A stretch of DNA of 64,000 bases, taken from assembly GCA_963731765.1 (NCBI GenBank), contig CAVSWS010000041.1, forward strand, positions 77,691 to 141,690, in the 5' to 3' direction. Source of the stretch: an uncultured Chloroflexia bacterium. GTDB lineage: Bacteria; Chloroflexota; Dehalococcoidia; DSTF01; WHTK01. The position numbers and the translations under genes were made by a program. This document shows positions 1 to 9,665 of this stretch, in pieces (the stretch's first letter is position 1; every line of letters begins with the position of its first letter). The notes below the pieces were generated by a model. That model was not told where the DNA came from, did not search any database, and worked only from the letters and a program-made list of their open reading frames with translations.

Positions 1-160
1 ATGCCCTCGGGTCGCACCCAGCGCACTCGCACACCCGTGAGCGCAGGGTCTGCTTCGATCGCTGCCTTCATGCGCGACTGCACTTCGGCCAGCCCGTCCA
101 GCCATGTCTGTGGCAGCTCGATCGCCACGAACAGACGGAGTCTGCGCGGCTTATCGTTGT

Positions 161-1033
161 TCACGGCAGCGCCAGCAGCTTCGCCGCGTTCTCGCCCAGA
201 ATCCGGGCCTTCGCGGCGACGTCCAGGCCCGACTCATCGATGCGCCGTTTGCTCCGCTTCTGGTTCAGCAACGGGTAATCGCTGCCGAAGAGGATGCGCT
301 CGGCCCCGATGAGCCCAGCGCCGCGCTCGTAGATGGCGTCGCCGTAGAGCAGGCTGCTCGCCGCCGTATCGACGTACGTCCCGGCCTCGAACGCCTTCGC
401 CACCTCCGGCATGGCGCTGTAGAACGGCAGCCCGCCCGCCCAGTGCGCCCCGATCAGGTGCAGCTCCGGATGCGCCGTCACGAAACGATAGAAGCGTCCG
501 ACGTCCAGCCCTTCCTTGCCCGCGTAGGCATGCCCCACCGGCTCCGAGACGTGGAAGGACAGCGTCGCGCCCAGCTCCATCGCGACGGCAGCCAGCCGAG
601 CGCCGCCCTCGCCGTCGAGCTCAAAATCCACGCTGTCGGGCCGCAGTTCACCGAAGCCTCTTACACCCTGGTCCGCGCAGCGCCGCATCTCCGCCTCGAT
701 GACCTCGATGCCCGCGGCCAAAGGCAGGGTGCAGAAGGGGACGATGCGACCATCGCTCTTGCTCGCAGCCTCGATGAGGTAGTCGTTGTGCCGCCGGCAC
801 GTCGCGGCGTCGTTCCAGGCGAACCCCAGCGCCACGGACACGTCTACGCCGGCGTCATGCATGCTCTGCAGCAGCTCCTCCGAGGTTGCCATCGTGGCTT
901 TCGGGTTCGCGTACATGGCGCGAAACGTTGCGTCTTGAAGCAGGAAGCTTTCTCGCTGTTCGGCGATTTCGGGCGGGAAGATGTGCGTGTGGCTGTCGAC
1001 GATCACCCGCCGATGATAACAAGTCGCCATCAT
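161..1033 (-). CDS. Amidohydrolase-family metal-dependent hydrolase (TIM-barrel, amidohydrolase-2-like)
   Basis: 290 aa ORF. N-terminal 'DSHTHIF' metal-binding His motif and overall similarity to the amidohydrolase 2 family. ORF 104..1039 on the opposite strand is its antisense shadow. Confidence 0.65.
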   Translation of the reverse strand: MMATCYHRRVIVDSHTHIFPPEIAEQRESFLLQDATFRAMYANPKATMATSEELLQSMHDAGVDVSVALGFAWNDAATCRRHNDYLIEAASKSDGRIVPFCTLPLAAGIEVIEAEMRRCADQGVRGFGELRPDSVDFELDGEGGARLAAVAMELGATLSFHVSEPVGHAYAGKEGLDVGRFYRFVTAHPELHLIGAHWAGGLPFYSAMPEVAKAFEAGTYVDTAASSLLYGDAIYERGAGLIGAERILFGSDYPLLNQKRSKRRIDESGLDVAAKARILGENAAKLLALP

Positions 1034-1064
1034 TGTTGAGCGAAACAGTCAACTTAGGCAAAAT

Positions 1065-1898
1065 GTGTCCATGCCCGACGTGCTGACCTGGGTGGGCCTG
1101 ATCCTTCTCGGCGTCCTTGTGGGCGGCTACGGCACAATGATCGGTGCCGGTGGCGGTTTCGTCCTCGTGCCGCTGCTGCTCTTCCTCTACCCGAACGACC
1201 CACCGGAGCTCCTGACCAGCATCTCGTTGGCCGTCGTGTTCTTCAACGTGCTATCGGGCTCGGCAGCGTACGCCAGGCAGAAGCGCATCGACTTTGTGGC
1301 GGGCAACGTCTTCGCCCTGGCTTCGATTCCGGGCGCTATCGCCGGCGCGCTCGTCGTCGGCTACGTGCCGCGACGTACCTTCGACATCATTTTTGCCGTC
1401 ATGCTGCTGGCCGTTTCGACCTTCCTGATCGCTCGGCCCGCCGCCCGCGTGGTGGAGCGGCGCCAGCGCAGAGGCCTCGTCGAGCGCGAACTGACCGATT
1501 CCGAAGGCTTCACCTACCGCTACTCCTACAACATGTGGCTCGGAGCGTTCCTGAGCTCGCTGGTCGGCTTCCTGTCGGGCTTGCTCGGCACCGGCGGCGG
1601 CGTCATCCACGTGCCGATCATGATCCAGATCCTCGTGTTCCCTGCCCACATTGCCACGGCGACGTCTCACTACGTCCTGGCGATCTCTGCTCTCACCGGC
1701 ACCATCGTCCACCTGGTCAACGGTGACCTCGATGGCGGTTACTCTCGTACGGCAGCGCTCGGCATCGGCGTGCTGTTCGGCGCCCAGATCGGTGCACGAC
1801 TTTCTCGCCTGCTCCAGGGCTCGATTCTTATCCGGCTGCTTGCATTCGCAATGGGCCTCGTGGCCATCCGGCTGCTGATCAACGGCTTCCTGGGCTAG
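1065..1898 (+). CDS. TauE/SafE (TSUP, DUF81) family membrane transporter
   Basis: 277 aa polytopic membrane protein. Glycine-rich internally duplicated TM segments typical of TSUP sulfite/anion exporters. Confidence 0.75.
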   Translation: MSMPDVLTWVGLILLGVLVGGYGTMIGAGGGFVLVPLLLFLYPNDPPELLTSISLAVVFFNVLSGSAAYARQKRIDFVAGNVFALASIPGAIAGALVVGYVPRRTFDIIFAVMLLAVSTFLIARPAARVVERRQRRGLVERELTDSEGFTYRYSYNMWLGAFLSSLVGFLSGLLGTGGGVIHVPIMIQILVFPAHIATATSHYVLAISALTGTIVHLVNGDLDGGYSRTAALGIGVLFGAQIGARLSRLLQGSILIRLLAFAMGLVAIRLLINGFLG

Positions 1899-2243
1899 TT
1901 ACTGCAGCGAGCGGGCGATCTGAAGGATGACGCGCCGTTGCTGCGGTGGACCGACGGCCTGCAGCTCGTAGTAGATGTTGTCCTTTGTCCACAGCAGGTG
2001 GTACTGCGAGTCGCCACTCGCGTCGTTTATCTCGATTAGAGTCGCCTGGATGCTCGGGTACAGGTCGACCGACACGCGCGAGGCGCCGGACGGGTCTGCC
2101 GAGACCGCCGGCGGGAACTGCGACTGGCGGATCGTGAAGTCGAACGGCCCCGTCCAGACGAACTCCACGCTCTGCCTGCCCGGTTCGCCCGTCACCGCGG
2201 TCGACTCGAGGTCCTGGGCGTTGGGCAGGAAGCACGGATACAC
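1899..2243 (-). CDS. Hypothetical small protein (possible secreted or membrane-anchored; start uncertain)
   Basis: 114 aa ORF starting at GTG. The in-frame upstream extension encodes a hydrophobic signal-like segment but has no canonical start. No recognisable family. Confidence 0.3.
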   Translation of the reverse strand: MYPCFLPNAQDLESTAVTGEPGRQSVEFVWTGPFDFTIRQSQFPPAVSADPSGASRVSVDLYPSIQATLIEINDASGDSQYHLLWTKDNIYYELQAVGPPQQRRVILQIARSLQ

Positions 2244-2415
2244 CAGCGGGAAGCCTGCCTGCGCTCGAGCGTCGTCGATCTTCTGGGCTGCCTGCGAGCC
2301 GGGTTCCGGCGTCGGGCAGGCGTCTGCCTGGTCGACAGGCTGGCACGTCGTCGCCAGGTAGATGAAGACGATTACGGCGATGCCGGCGGCTATGTAGTGG
2401 CTGACGGGGCGGTTC

Positions 2416-3162
2416 TTAAACGCCCGCGTAGCTGTGCAACCCCGAAATCAGGAAGTTCACCGCGAAGTACGTGAACAGGACGGCCGCGTAACCCAGCAGT
2501 AGCAGGTACGCCGCCCGCTTGCCCTCCCAGCCTCGCAGGCCACGGGCATGCAGGTAGCCGGCATACACGAACCAGGTCAGCAGGGCCGAAGTCTCCTTGG
2601 GGTCCCAGCCCCAGTAGCGGCCCCAGGCTGAGTTGGCCCAGTATGCGCCGAGGGCGATGCCGAGCGTCAGCAGCGGGAAACCGACCAGCACGGACCAGTA
2701 GGCCACGTCTTCCAACGTCTCGGCGTCAGGCAGGCGGGCGAAGCGGTTGCCCGACTTGCCGGCCTGCAGCAGATACAGCACTGAGGCGCCGAAGGAAATG
2801 GAGAGCGCGCTGTACGCCATCGCCATCGTCGTGACGTGGATGCCGAGGATGCGATTCGACTGCAGGGCCGGCACCAGCGGCGAGATGCTCGAGGGGAAGA
2901 ACGCCAGCGCGATGCCCATGAGCACGACCGCGATGGGCAGCATCACGGTTGGGATAGCGCGTTCGTGGAAGCCGCGCTCGAACGCCGTCGTGAATAGCAC
3001 CATGCCCCAGCCGAGGGCGACCGTGTACTCCCACAGGTTGCCGATGGGCGGTCGCTCGACAGCGATGGTGCGGAAGACGATCGAGAGCGTTAGCAGGCCA
3101 AACGTGAGCCAGAGCAGCAATCGCGCGACCTTGTCGATGCCGGAGGGCATCGTAATCGACAC
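2416..3162 (-). CDS. ccsA: Cytochrome c-type biogenesis protein CcsA/ResC (heme-handling WWD family)
   Basis: 248 aa, about 8 TM segments, with the conserved tryptophan-rich 'WGRYWGWDPKE' WWD motif of CcsA/ResC/CcmC. Confidence 0.85.
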   Translation of the reverse strand: MSITMPSGIDKVARLLLWLTFGLLTLSIVFRTIAVERPPIGNLWEYTVALGWGMVLFTTAFERGFHERAIPTVMLPIAVVLMGIALAFFPSSISPLVPALQSNRILGIHVTTMAMAYSALSISFGASVLYLLQAGKSGNRFARLPDAETLEDVAYWSVLVGFPLLTLGIALGAYWANSAWGRYWGWDPKETSALLTWFVYAGYLHARGLRGWEGKRAAYLLLLGYAAVLFTYFAVNFLISGLHSYAGV

Positions 3163-3290
3163 GGGGAAGCTTACCGTCCCGGCCTCGGTCGCCGCCTGTC
3201 TATACGTCGTCCAGCCGCCGACAGCGCTCAGCAGGTAAGTGCTGGCTGCCAGACAGCAGACAATAAAACCACTGACGAACGTGTAGTAGG

Positions 3291-4172
3291 CTATGCCTTC
3301 GATTGTCCTGCTCCCACCGGAGCCCCTTGCGTCGCGGCAGCCATGCTTTCGGCCAGCTTACGAGCTTCCTCTTCCGCCTTCTGTGCCCGCTGCGACGTCC
3401 GCATGTGCACGCGCTTGAAGCTCTCGACCAGACCTCTGCCGCCGGGGCGCTTCCCTCGTTCACGCATCTGCTTGATCAGCTCGTCGCGATCGTGGGATTG
3501 CACCTGACTCCTATGAGCTAGGATAGCGTCTGCTTTCGTTTCAATGAAGTCGCTAACATCTACAAAGTAATTCGGATCAGGCGATCCAACTAACAAAATC
3601 TCATTCGCCCGCCACTCGCTCAGCCCCTGGTCGGCGTGTTGAGGGAAATAGAGGCGGTCCCGAACGGCCGGGAACAGCGCGTCTCGCACGGCGATGCCGG
3701 TATTGCGGTGGTCGTTGTGGTTGAAGCTGGGGCGGAACCCGTCCCACGTCAGCACCACGTCCGGCTTGTAGGTGCGGAACAGCCACACGAGGCGCTCTCG
3801 CAGCTCCGCGTTCGGCTCCACGAAGCCGTCCTCCAGCCCCAGGAAGAACACTTCTTTGACGCCGAGTACGCGTGCTGCCTCTCGCTGCTCTTCCTCGCGG
3901 ATCGCGGCGAGCTGCTGGCCGGAGATCCCCGGCTCGTGCGTGCCCTTGTCGCCCGAGGTTGTCAGCACGTAGTAGACCGTCCAGCCCTCGGCGCACCACT
4001 TTGCGATGCTGCCCGACGACCCGAAGTCGATGTCGTCCGGGTGGGCCATGATCGCCATCAGCGTCTTCGGCCCGTCATGCCCGATGGGCGGCAGCTTCGA
4101 GACGTCCTCGCCGTAATCGAAGGGGTTGGCGTCCTTCTTCCGTCGGGCCTTCAGTCTGGGCAGCATGAGCAT
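3291..4172 (-). CDS. PIG-L/LmbE family N-acetylglucosaminyl deacetylase (MshB/BshB-like)
   Basis: 293 aa. 'AHPDDIDFG' zinc-binding PIG-L signature, downstream conserved His/Asp. Sits downstream of a GT4 glycosyltransferase on the same strand. Confidence 0.8.
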   Translation of the reverse strand: MLMLPRLKARRKKDANPFDYGEDVSKLPPIGHDGPKTLMAIMAHPDDIDFGSSGSIAKWCAEGWTVYYVLTTSGDKGTHEPGISGQQLAAIREEEQREAARVLGVKEVFFLGLEDGFVEPNAELRERLVWLFRTYKPDVVLTWDGFRPSFNHNDHRNTGIAVRDALFPAVRDRLYFPQHADQGLSEWRANEILLVGSPDPNYFVDVSDFIETKADAILAHRSQVQSHDRDELIKQMRERGKRPGGRGLVESFKRVHMRTSQRAQKAEEEARKLAESMAAATQGAPVGAGQSKA

Positions 4173-4286
4173 CTTGTCGCCTCTTCTAGTTCAGCTATCG
4201 GCCCGATTGTACCCCGGCGTCACCGCAGCGCCAGGGAGAATGACCCGCCGGGGTGTGGGCACCTCGGCCACGATTGTGGAGGCCGG

Positions 4287-5519
4287 CTACGCCGAGGTTG
4301 TGAGCTCTCGGCTGGCCGCACCGCCGATGAGCGATTCATAGACATCGAGCACGGCGCCGGCGACGTTCTCCCAGCGATAGCGTGAGACGGCTTCGCGGGC
4401 CGCTTCGCCCAGGCTGATGCGTAGCGGTTCGTTGTCCAGCAGCAGCTCGATACGCTCTGCGAAAGGCTCAGGGCAGAGCCAGGGGATCAGGTAGCCGGTC
4501 TCGCCGTCCTTCACCGTGCCCGTCAGGCCACCGACGCGCGATGCCACCACAGGCACGCCGCTGGCCATCGCCTCGACGGCGACGAGGCCGAAGCTCTCGT
4601 AGTGAGACGGCACGACGCAGACGTCGGCGGCGTTGTAGTACAGCGGCAGCATGTCGTGGTCGACGGCGCCCGCGAAGGCGATGCGCTTGCCCACACCCAG
4701 CGCCTGGGCCAGGTCCTGGAGTTGCGCCACCTGCTGTGCCGAGGTCTCGTCGCCGCCCACGATAAGCACGCTGCAGTCGACGTCGCTGTCTAGCAAAGAC
4801 GCGGCACCGATGAGGATGTCGACGCCCTTGAGCGGTTCCAGACGGCCCACGAAGAGGATGATGCGCTCGTCCTGGCTGAGGCCGAGTCGCTCGCGGGCGT
4901 CTGCCTTGGCTGCGGGCCGGAAGCGGTCCATATCGACGCCGAGCGGGATGACCTGCACCTTGGCCAGGTCGCCGCCGTAGAGGGCTCGGATCGCGGTCCG
5001 CTCCTGCTCCGTGGCGCAGATGATGCGGTCGGCTCCCTGCAGCACGGCGCGCTCGGAGGCAATGCGCAGGGCTGTTTCGTGCTCCTGCACGCTGCTGCGG
5101 TTCTTGATCTCGCCCAGGGTGTGGAACATCGCCACGTGCGGGACGCCCCACGCAGCCTTGAGACGCTCGCCGACGAGGCCGGAGAGCCAGTAGTGGCTGT
5201 GGACGACGTCATACCCAGCGCCGGACGCCGCCGCAAAGGCCTTCACGCCGGACTCGAACGCTTCGAGGTGGTTGTAGATGTCTTCGGGCACCAGCGGCGC
5301 GACGGGACCTGCTTCGATGTGCACCGCGCGCAGACCCGGCTCGATCTCGACGATGGCCGGCACTTCGGGCTGCGTGGCCCGGCTGAAGATGTCGACCTCG
5401 CAGCCGCGCGCTACAAGCTGTCGGGCGAGCTGCAGCACGTACACGTTGAGTCCCCCGGCCTTGGCCCCGCCGGGACGTGCCAGAGGCGACGTGTGAACGC
5501 TGAGTACTGCGATGCGCAT
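4287..5519 (-). CDS. GT4-family glycosyltransferase, MshA-like (D-inositol-3-phosphate glycosyltransferase-like)
   Basis: The track ORF 4287..5762 is over-extended. An internal Met 'MRIAVLSVHTSP...GGLNVYV' at aa 82 gives a 410 aa protein with MshA-type N-terminal motifs and a GT4 C-terminal domain 'ESFGLVAVEAMASGVPVVA'. Starting at 5519 leaves a 13-bp gap to the upstream CDS instead of an out-of-frame overlap. Confidence 0.8.
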   Translation of the reverse strand: MRIAVLSVHTSPLARPGGAKAGGLNVYVLQLARQLVARGCEVDIFSRATQPEVPAIVEIEPGLRAVHIEAGPVAPLVPEDIYNHLEAFESGVKAFAAASGAGYDVVHSHYWLSGLVGERLKAAWGVPHVAMFHTLGEIKNRSSVQEHETALRIASERAVLQGADRIICATEQERTAIRALYGGDLAKVQVIPLGVDMDRFRPAAKADARERLGLSQDERIILFVGRLEPLKGVDILIGAASLLDSDVDCSVLIVGGDETSAQQVAQLQDLAQALGVGKRIAFAGAVDHDMLPLYYNAADVCVVPSHYESFGLVAVEAMASGVPVVASRVGGLTGTVKDGETGYLIPWLCPEPFAERIELLLDNEPLRISLGEAAREAVSRYRWENVAGAVLDVYESLIGGAASRELTTSA

Positions 5520-5532
5520 GGATACAGGTTCT

Positions 5533-6561
5533 CTATGCAGACCGGGCGACCCGGATGCGATAGATCTCCTGGTTCCTGGCGCCCATGTCGTACTTGTAGG
5601 GCTCGTCGCCGCGCAGGAAGTCGAGACCGGTCTTGCCGTTTTCGATTGCCCATTGCAGGCAAAGCGCCTTCGAAACGAGGCCGACAGACAGCGAAGAAAA
5701 CGCCGGATCGTAGCCGGAGTTGTACAGATACAGGTAGCTGCCGGCGTCGAAACAGAGCACACACGCGGCAGGCTTCTTGTTGACTCGCAGCATGAACAGG
5801 CGCACGAGGTCCTCCGCAGCCATGGCGGAAGCCATGCGGCGGAAGAACGTCTCCATCTCGGGCGTCATGAACTCGGTCTTGTCGGCGCGGCTGCTGCGGT
5901 GCAGCTCGAGGAACTCGTCCATCGCCCCGACGACCTCCTCCTGCGTGCTCAGCACGTCGAAGGAGACGCCGGCGCCGCTCTCGTAGAGCTTGCGGATCTT
6001 GCGCCGCAGCTCGTGGCGGTCTTTCTTGCCCAGCGTGGCGAGGTAGCCTTCCCACGAGTCGGGCAGGGGGAGCCGGGGCGCTACTGCCTCGAGCTCCTCG
6101 GTGACCTCGAAGCCCTTGTCCGCCGCGAACGCCTTGATGCGCTCCCGTGTCGGCGAAGAGGCCATGAGACCCCAGAAGTCGAGCTCGCTCCATTCGTGGT
6201 CGCATAGCTGCTTCCACAGGTCTTCGTACGCCGCGTCTGCGTTGTCCGGGTCGACCAGTACGTCCATGAAGTCGCAGATCTGGGGGTCGCCGATGAAGCT
6301 GAGCTGGTTGTCGTTGCGCATGAGCGGGGCGATGCCCAGGACGCCGCCTTCGCCGCACGACAGCATCAGCGGCTCATAGTTGCCGCCGAACTCGGAGAAC
6401 CAGGTGCGCAGCCACGCCGGGTGAAGGAAGGGCAGTCGTTCGGGCTGGCGGGCGAGCAGTGCCTCCAGCGCCGGGTCGAGGTCTACGAAGGTTCCTTGTG
6501 CCGTTTCCTGCAAGCCAAGCCTCAATTCAGTGGTTGGCGTGACCCGCGAGCCCGCCCTCAT
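5533..6561 (-). CDS. Acetyltransf_6 (CelD/BioF2-like, FemAB-fold GNAT) acyl/aminoacyl transferase
   Basis: 342 aa. C-terminal 'GYDPAFSSLSVGLV...GKTGLDFLRGDEPYKYDMG' matches the CelD/BioF2-like GNAT (PF13480) signature. First gene of a three-gene minus-strand cluster. Confidence 0.7.
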   Translation of the reverse strand: MRAGSRVTPTTELRLGLQETAQGTFVDLDPALEALLARQPERLPFLHPAWLRTWFSEFGGNYEPLMLSCGEGGVLGIAPLMRNDNQLSFIGDPQICDFMDVLVDPDNADAAYEDLWKQLCDHEWSELDFWGLMASSPTRERIKAFAADKGFEVTEELEAVAPRLPLPDSWEGYLATLGKKDRHELRRKIRKLYESGAGVSFDVLSTQEEVVGAMDEFLELHRSSRADKTEFMTPEMETFFRRMASAMAAEDLVRLFMLRVNKKPAACVLCFDAGSYLYLYNSGYDPAFSSLSVGLVSKALCLQWAIENGKTGLDFLRGDEPYKYDMGARNQEIYRIRVARSA

Positions 6562-6687
6562 ACGCTGTAAATCTTACTGTTAGGTTCGTAGGGGGTCAAC
6601 GAAGGGAAGTCTGCACCCTGCTCCGGTGACTCTCATGGCCGTTGCAAGGGACGCACACCCCTTCTTGCACAAGCATAGAATGTCGGC

Positions 6688-8343
6688 ATGACTCCGGGAT
6701 CCATTCTGGAGGAAGCGCGCGAGGCCTTTGCCCGACAGTCGTGGTCTGCCGCTCGGAGCGCGTTCGCCGCGGCTGCGCAGGAGGCGCCGCTCTCGCTTGA
6801 CGACACGGAGCGCTACGCGGAGGCGGCGCACCTGATCGGCGAAGAGGCCGAATGTCACGAAGCGCTGGCCGCCGGCTATCGGGCAGCATTGTCCCGCCAG
6901 GATGTGACGCGAGCGGCCCGGTTCGCTTTCTGGCTTGGCCACAACATGATCTTCACGGGGGAGGAGGGCCGGTCCGCGGGCTGGTTTGCCCGGGCAAAGA
7001 ACGTGCTCGCGGACCGAGGCTCAGACTGCGTGGAATGGGGCTATCTCCTGGTCCCACCCGGCATGCGCCAGCTCATGGAGGGCGATGCGGTTGCGGCACG
7101 CATCCCCCTGACCGAGGCGATGGCGATCGCGCGGCGCTACGCCGATGCCAACCTCCTCGTCCTGGCCGCCCATGCCCTGGGTCGCACGCTGATCCGGCTG
7201 GGTGAGCCCGACGAAGGCATGGCGCTGCTCGACGAGGCGATGGTGGCGATTTCGGAGGGCGAGGTGACGCCACTGCTGGTGGGACACGTCTACTGCGGTG
7301 TCCTCGAGGCGTGCCAGGAGGTGTACGACATGCACCGGGCGCGGGAATGGACGGCCCTGCTTTCGAGATGGTGCGAGGGGCAGCCTGACCTGGTGCCTTA
7401 CCGCGGCCCTTGCCTCGTCCATCGAGTCGAGATGATGCGACTGCGCGGCGATTGGGAGGACGCGCTTGAGGAAGCCCGCCGTGCCTGTGAGTGGCTCTCG
7501 CTTCCCAACAGCCCTGAGACACCGTCCGACGCCTACTACGAGCTCGCCGAGCTGCACCGCCTTCGCGGCAACTATACGAGCGCGGAGGAAGCTTACCGGC
7601 AGGCGAGCCGTCTGGGCCGGTCGCCGGAGCCGGGCATCGCCCTGCTCTGGCTGGCGTCCGGGCAGGCCGAAGCGGCCGAGTCCGCCGTCCGCCGGGCGCT
7701 GTATGAGCCAAACGAGTATCAGGTGCGTCGCCCCGAACTGCTGGCCGCCTACGTGGAAATTCTTCTCGCCAGAGACGACGTTGCCGGGGCTCGGCACGCC
7801 GCCGATGAGCTCATGCAAATCGCGAGCGCCACGGACAACCTGCCGCTAAAGGCGCTGGCAGAGCGGGCGGCGGGAAGCGTCCTTCTCGCGGAGGGCGAGC
7901 CAGGCCCTGCGCTGGGACCGCTGCGGCGCTCCTGGGTGATCTGGCGGGAGCTGGACGCGTCCTATGATGCGGCGTGCGTGCGCGCTCTGATCGCGGCAGC
8001 CTGTCGCGCTCTCGGTGACGAGGAGTCGGCCCAGATGGAGATCGATGCGGCGCGCTGGATATTCGAGCGGCTGGGCGCGGCGCCGGCGCTTGCCCGCCTC
8101 GACGGGATTGTCGGTGGGGTGTCTGGAAGTTCGGCAGGCCTTACCCAGCGCGAGCTGGAGGTCCTGAGCCTGATCGTCGCGGGCGAAACGAACAAGGGCA
8201 TCGCGGCATCACTTGTCATAAGCGATCATACTGTCGCGCGACACGTGCAGAACATGCTGCAGAAGCTCGGCCTGCCGTCTCGGACCAGCCTCGCCGCTTA
8301 CGCTCTGGAGCACGGCCTCCTACGTTCTACTGGTTCAAAGTAA
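6688..8343 (+). CDS. LuxR-family transcriptional regulator with large N-terminal helical (TPR-like) domain
   Basis: 551 aa. C-terminal GerE/LuxR HTH 'LTQRELEVLSLIVAGETNKGIAASLVISDHTVARHVQNMLQKLGL'. Divergently oriented from the acyltransferase/GT4/deacetylase operon, 126-bp intergenic. Confidence 0.75.
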   Translation: MTPGSILEEAREAFARQSWSAARSAFAAAAQEAPLSLDDTERYAEAAHLIGEEAECHEALAAGYRAALSRQDVTRAARFAFWLGHNMIFTGEEGRSAGWFARAKNVLADRGSDCVEWGYLLVPPGMRQLMEGDAVAARIPLTEAMAIARRYADANLLVLAAHALGRTLIRLGEPDEGMALLDEAMVAISEGEVTPLLVGHVYCGVLEACQEVYDMHRAREWTALLSRWCEGQPDLVPYRGPCLVHRVEMMRLRGDWEDALEEARRACEWLSLPNSPETPSDAYYELAELHRLRGNYTSAEEAYRQASRLGRSPEPGIALLWLASGQAEAAESAVRRALYEPNEYQVRRPELLAAYVEILLARDDVAGARHAADELMQIASATDNLPLKALAERAAGSVLLAEGEPGPALGPLRRSWVIWRELDASYDAACVRALIAAACRALGDEESAQMEIDAARWIFERLGAAPALARLDGIVGGVSGSSAGLTQRELEVLSLIVAGETNKGIAASLVISDHTVARHVQNMLQKLGLPSRTSLAAYALEHGLLRSTGSK

Positions 8344-8463
8344 CCACTCAGCGTCTGGCTGCAAGTTGGTTCATCGGTACGATGGCGCGTCTTTCCGGTC
8401 GCCGTAGCGTCTCCGTCAGAGAGGAAACGGTTCCTCATACGACAGCCAACGAAGGAGACGGAC

Positions 8464-9627
8464 ATGATCGCGACAAGAGTGGAAGACCTGGTGGAGCCGG
8501 TAGCAGGCGACATTCGGCGGATGGCAGCGCAGGCGGAGGCCGAGCGTCGTATGCCCGACGAGCTGCTGCAGAGCCTGATGGAGGCCGGACTGTTTTCGAT
8601 CTACACGCCGAAGCAGTTTGGCGGCCTCGATTTGCCGCTGCCGGAGGCGCTTCGAGTTGTCGAGGAGGTCTCGCGGCACGATGGCTCCACGGGCTGGACG
8701 GTCGCGCTGGGCGTCGTGAACAGCCTGTTCACGTCTGTGCTGCCGGACGAGAGCGCACGGCGCGTGCTGGGCAACGGGTCAGTGCTGATCTGCGGCTCGC
8801 CGGCTATGAGTGTGCAGGCTGTGCCCGTCGAGGGCGGCTACCGCCTGTCGGGTCGGTGGGGATTCAACAGCGGCGCGCCGAACGCCAGCTGGGTCGCCAT
8901 ACCGGCGCCGATCTTCGAAGGTGGTGCGCCTCGCATGGGCGAGGGCGGCCCGGAGCTGGTGTTTTGCTTCTTCCCGCGTTCCGAGGCGCAGATCATCGAC
9001 ACCTGGCATGTCACCGGCTTGCGCGCGAGCGGCACCCAGGACCTGTGCGTCGACAACCTCTTTGTGCCGGAGGAGATGACAGGCGGCTTCTCGATGCCTG
9101 CCGGCCCGCAACCGGTGCGTGATTGCGCGTTTACAAACGTGCCGCTGTTCACGCTGTTCGCCGTGATCCAGTCGCCGGCAGTCTGCCTCGGCCTCGCGCG
9201 CCGCATGATCGAAGAGTATCGAGACCTGGCGGTGTCGAAGCAGAGCACATTCGGCTCGAAATTAAGCGAGCAGAGCCTGGCGCAGGTCGGTATAGCACGG
9301 GCGGAGGCGCTGGTTAGCTCCGCGCGCACGTGGTGGTACGACCGCGTGGAGGGCTTGTGGGACGCCGCGGTGGAGGGCCGGACGCTCTCGCTGGAGGAAC
9401 GGGCGAGCATTCGCGTCGCTTCGCTGCTCGCCGTCGACAACTGTCTTGACGCCGCGGATATGCTGTATCGCCTCGGCGGGTCCAGCACCATCTTCCAGTC
9501 CTCGCCGCTAGAGCGCTGCTGGCGCGACATCCACACCGCCGCGCAGCACATGCAGTCGCAGCCGGTACGGTGGGAGACGGCGGGCAGAGTGATGCTGGGG
9601 CTGGAACCCGACAGCCCGATTCTGTAG
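8464..9627 (+). CDS. Acyl-CoA dehydrogenase-family flavoprotein (possibly group-D flavin monooxygenase-like)
   Basis: 387 aa. Acyl-CoA dehydrogenase N/M/C domain organisation is recognisable. Confidence 0.65.
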   Translation: MIATRVEDLVEPVAGDIRRMAAQAEAERRMPDELLQSLMEAGLFSIYTPKQFGGLDLPLPEALRVVEEVSRHDGSTGWTVALGVVNSLFTSVLPDESARRVLGNGSVLICGSPAMSVQAVPVEGGYRLSGRWGFNSGAPNASWVAIPAPIFEGGAPRMGEGGPELVFCFFPRSEAQIIDTWHVTGLRASGTQDLCVDNLFVPEEMTGGFSMPAGPQPVRDCAFTNVPLFTLFAVIQSPAVCLGLARRMIEEYRDLAVSKQSTFGSKLSEQSLAQVGIARAEALVSSARTWWYDRVEGLWDAAVEGRTLSLEERASIRVASLLAVDNCLDAADMLYRLGGSSTIFQSSPLERCWRDIHTAAQHMQSQPVRWETAGRVMLGLEPDSPIL

Positions 9628-9665
9628 AGAGTGGCTACGAAGGAGTGCTGCCGCCGGGCCGGAGG

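Noticed and set aside
104-1039. 311-aa ORF on the plus strand
   Set aside because: It lies entirely antisense to the well-supported amidohydrolase CDS (161..1033, minus). The product is Arg/Ala-rich with no motifs, typical of a high-GC antisense frame.
4468-5236. 227-aa and 148-aa minus-strand ORFs and several plus-strand ORFs overlapping the GT4 gene
   Set aside because: They are alternative frames of the MshA-like CDS with Arg/Pro-rich nonsense translations.
7021-7818. 265-aa and 212-aa minus-strand ORFs inside the LuxR regulator gene
   Set aside because: They are antisense to a CDS with a clear LuxR HTH and give Arg/Pro/Gly-rich low-complexity translations, so they are GC-driven shadows.
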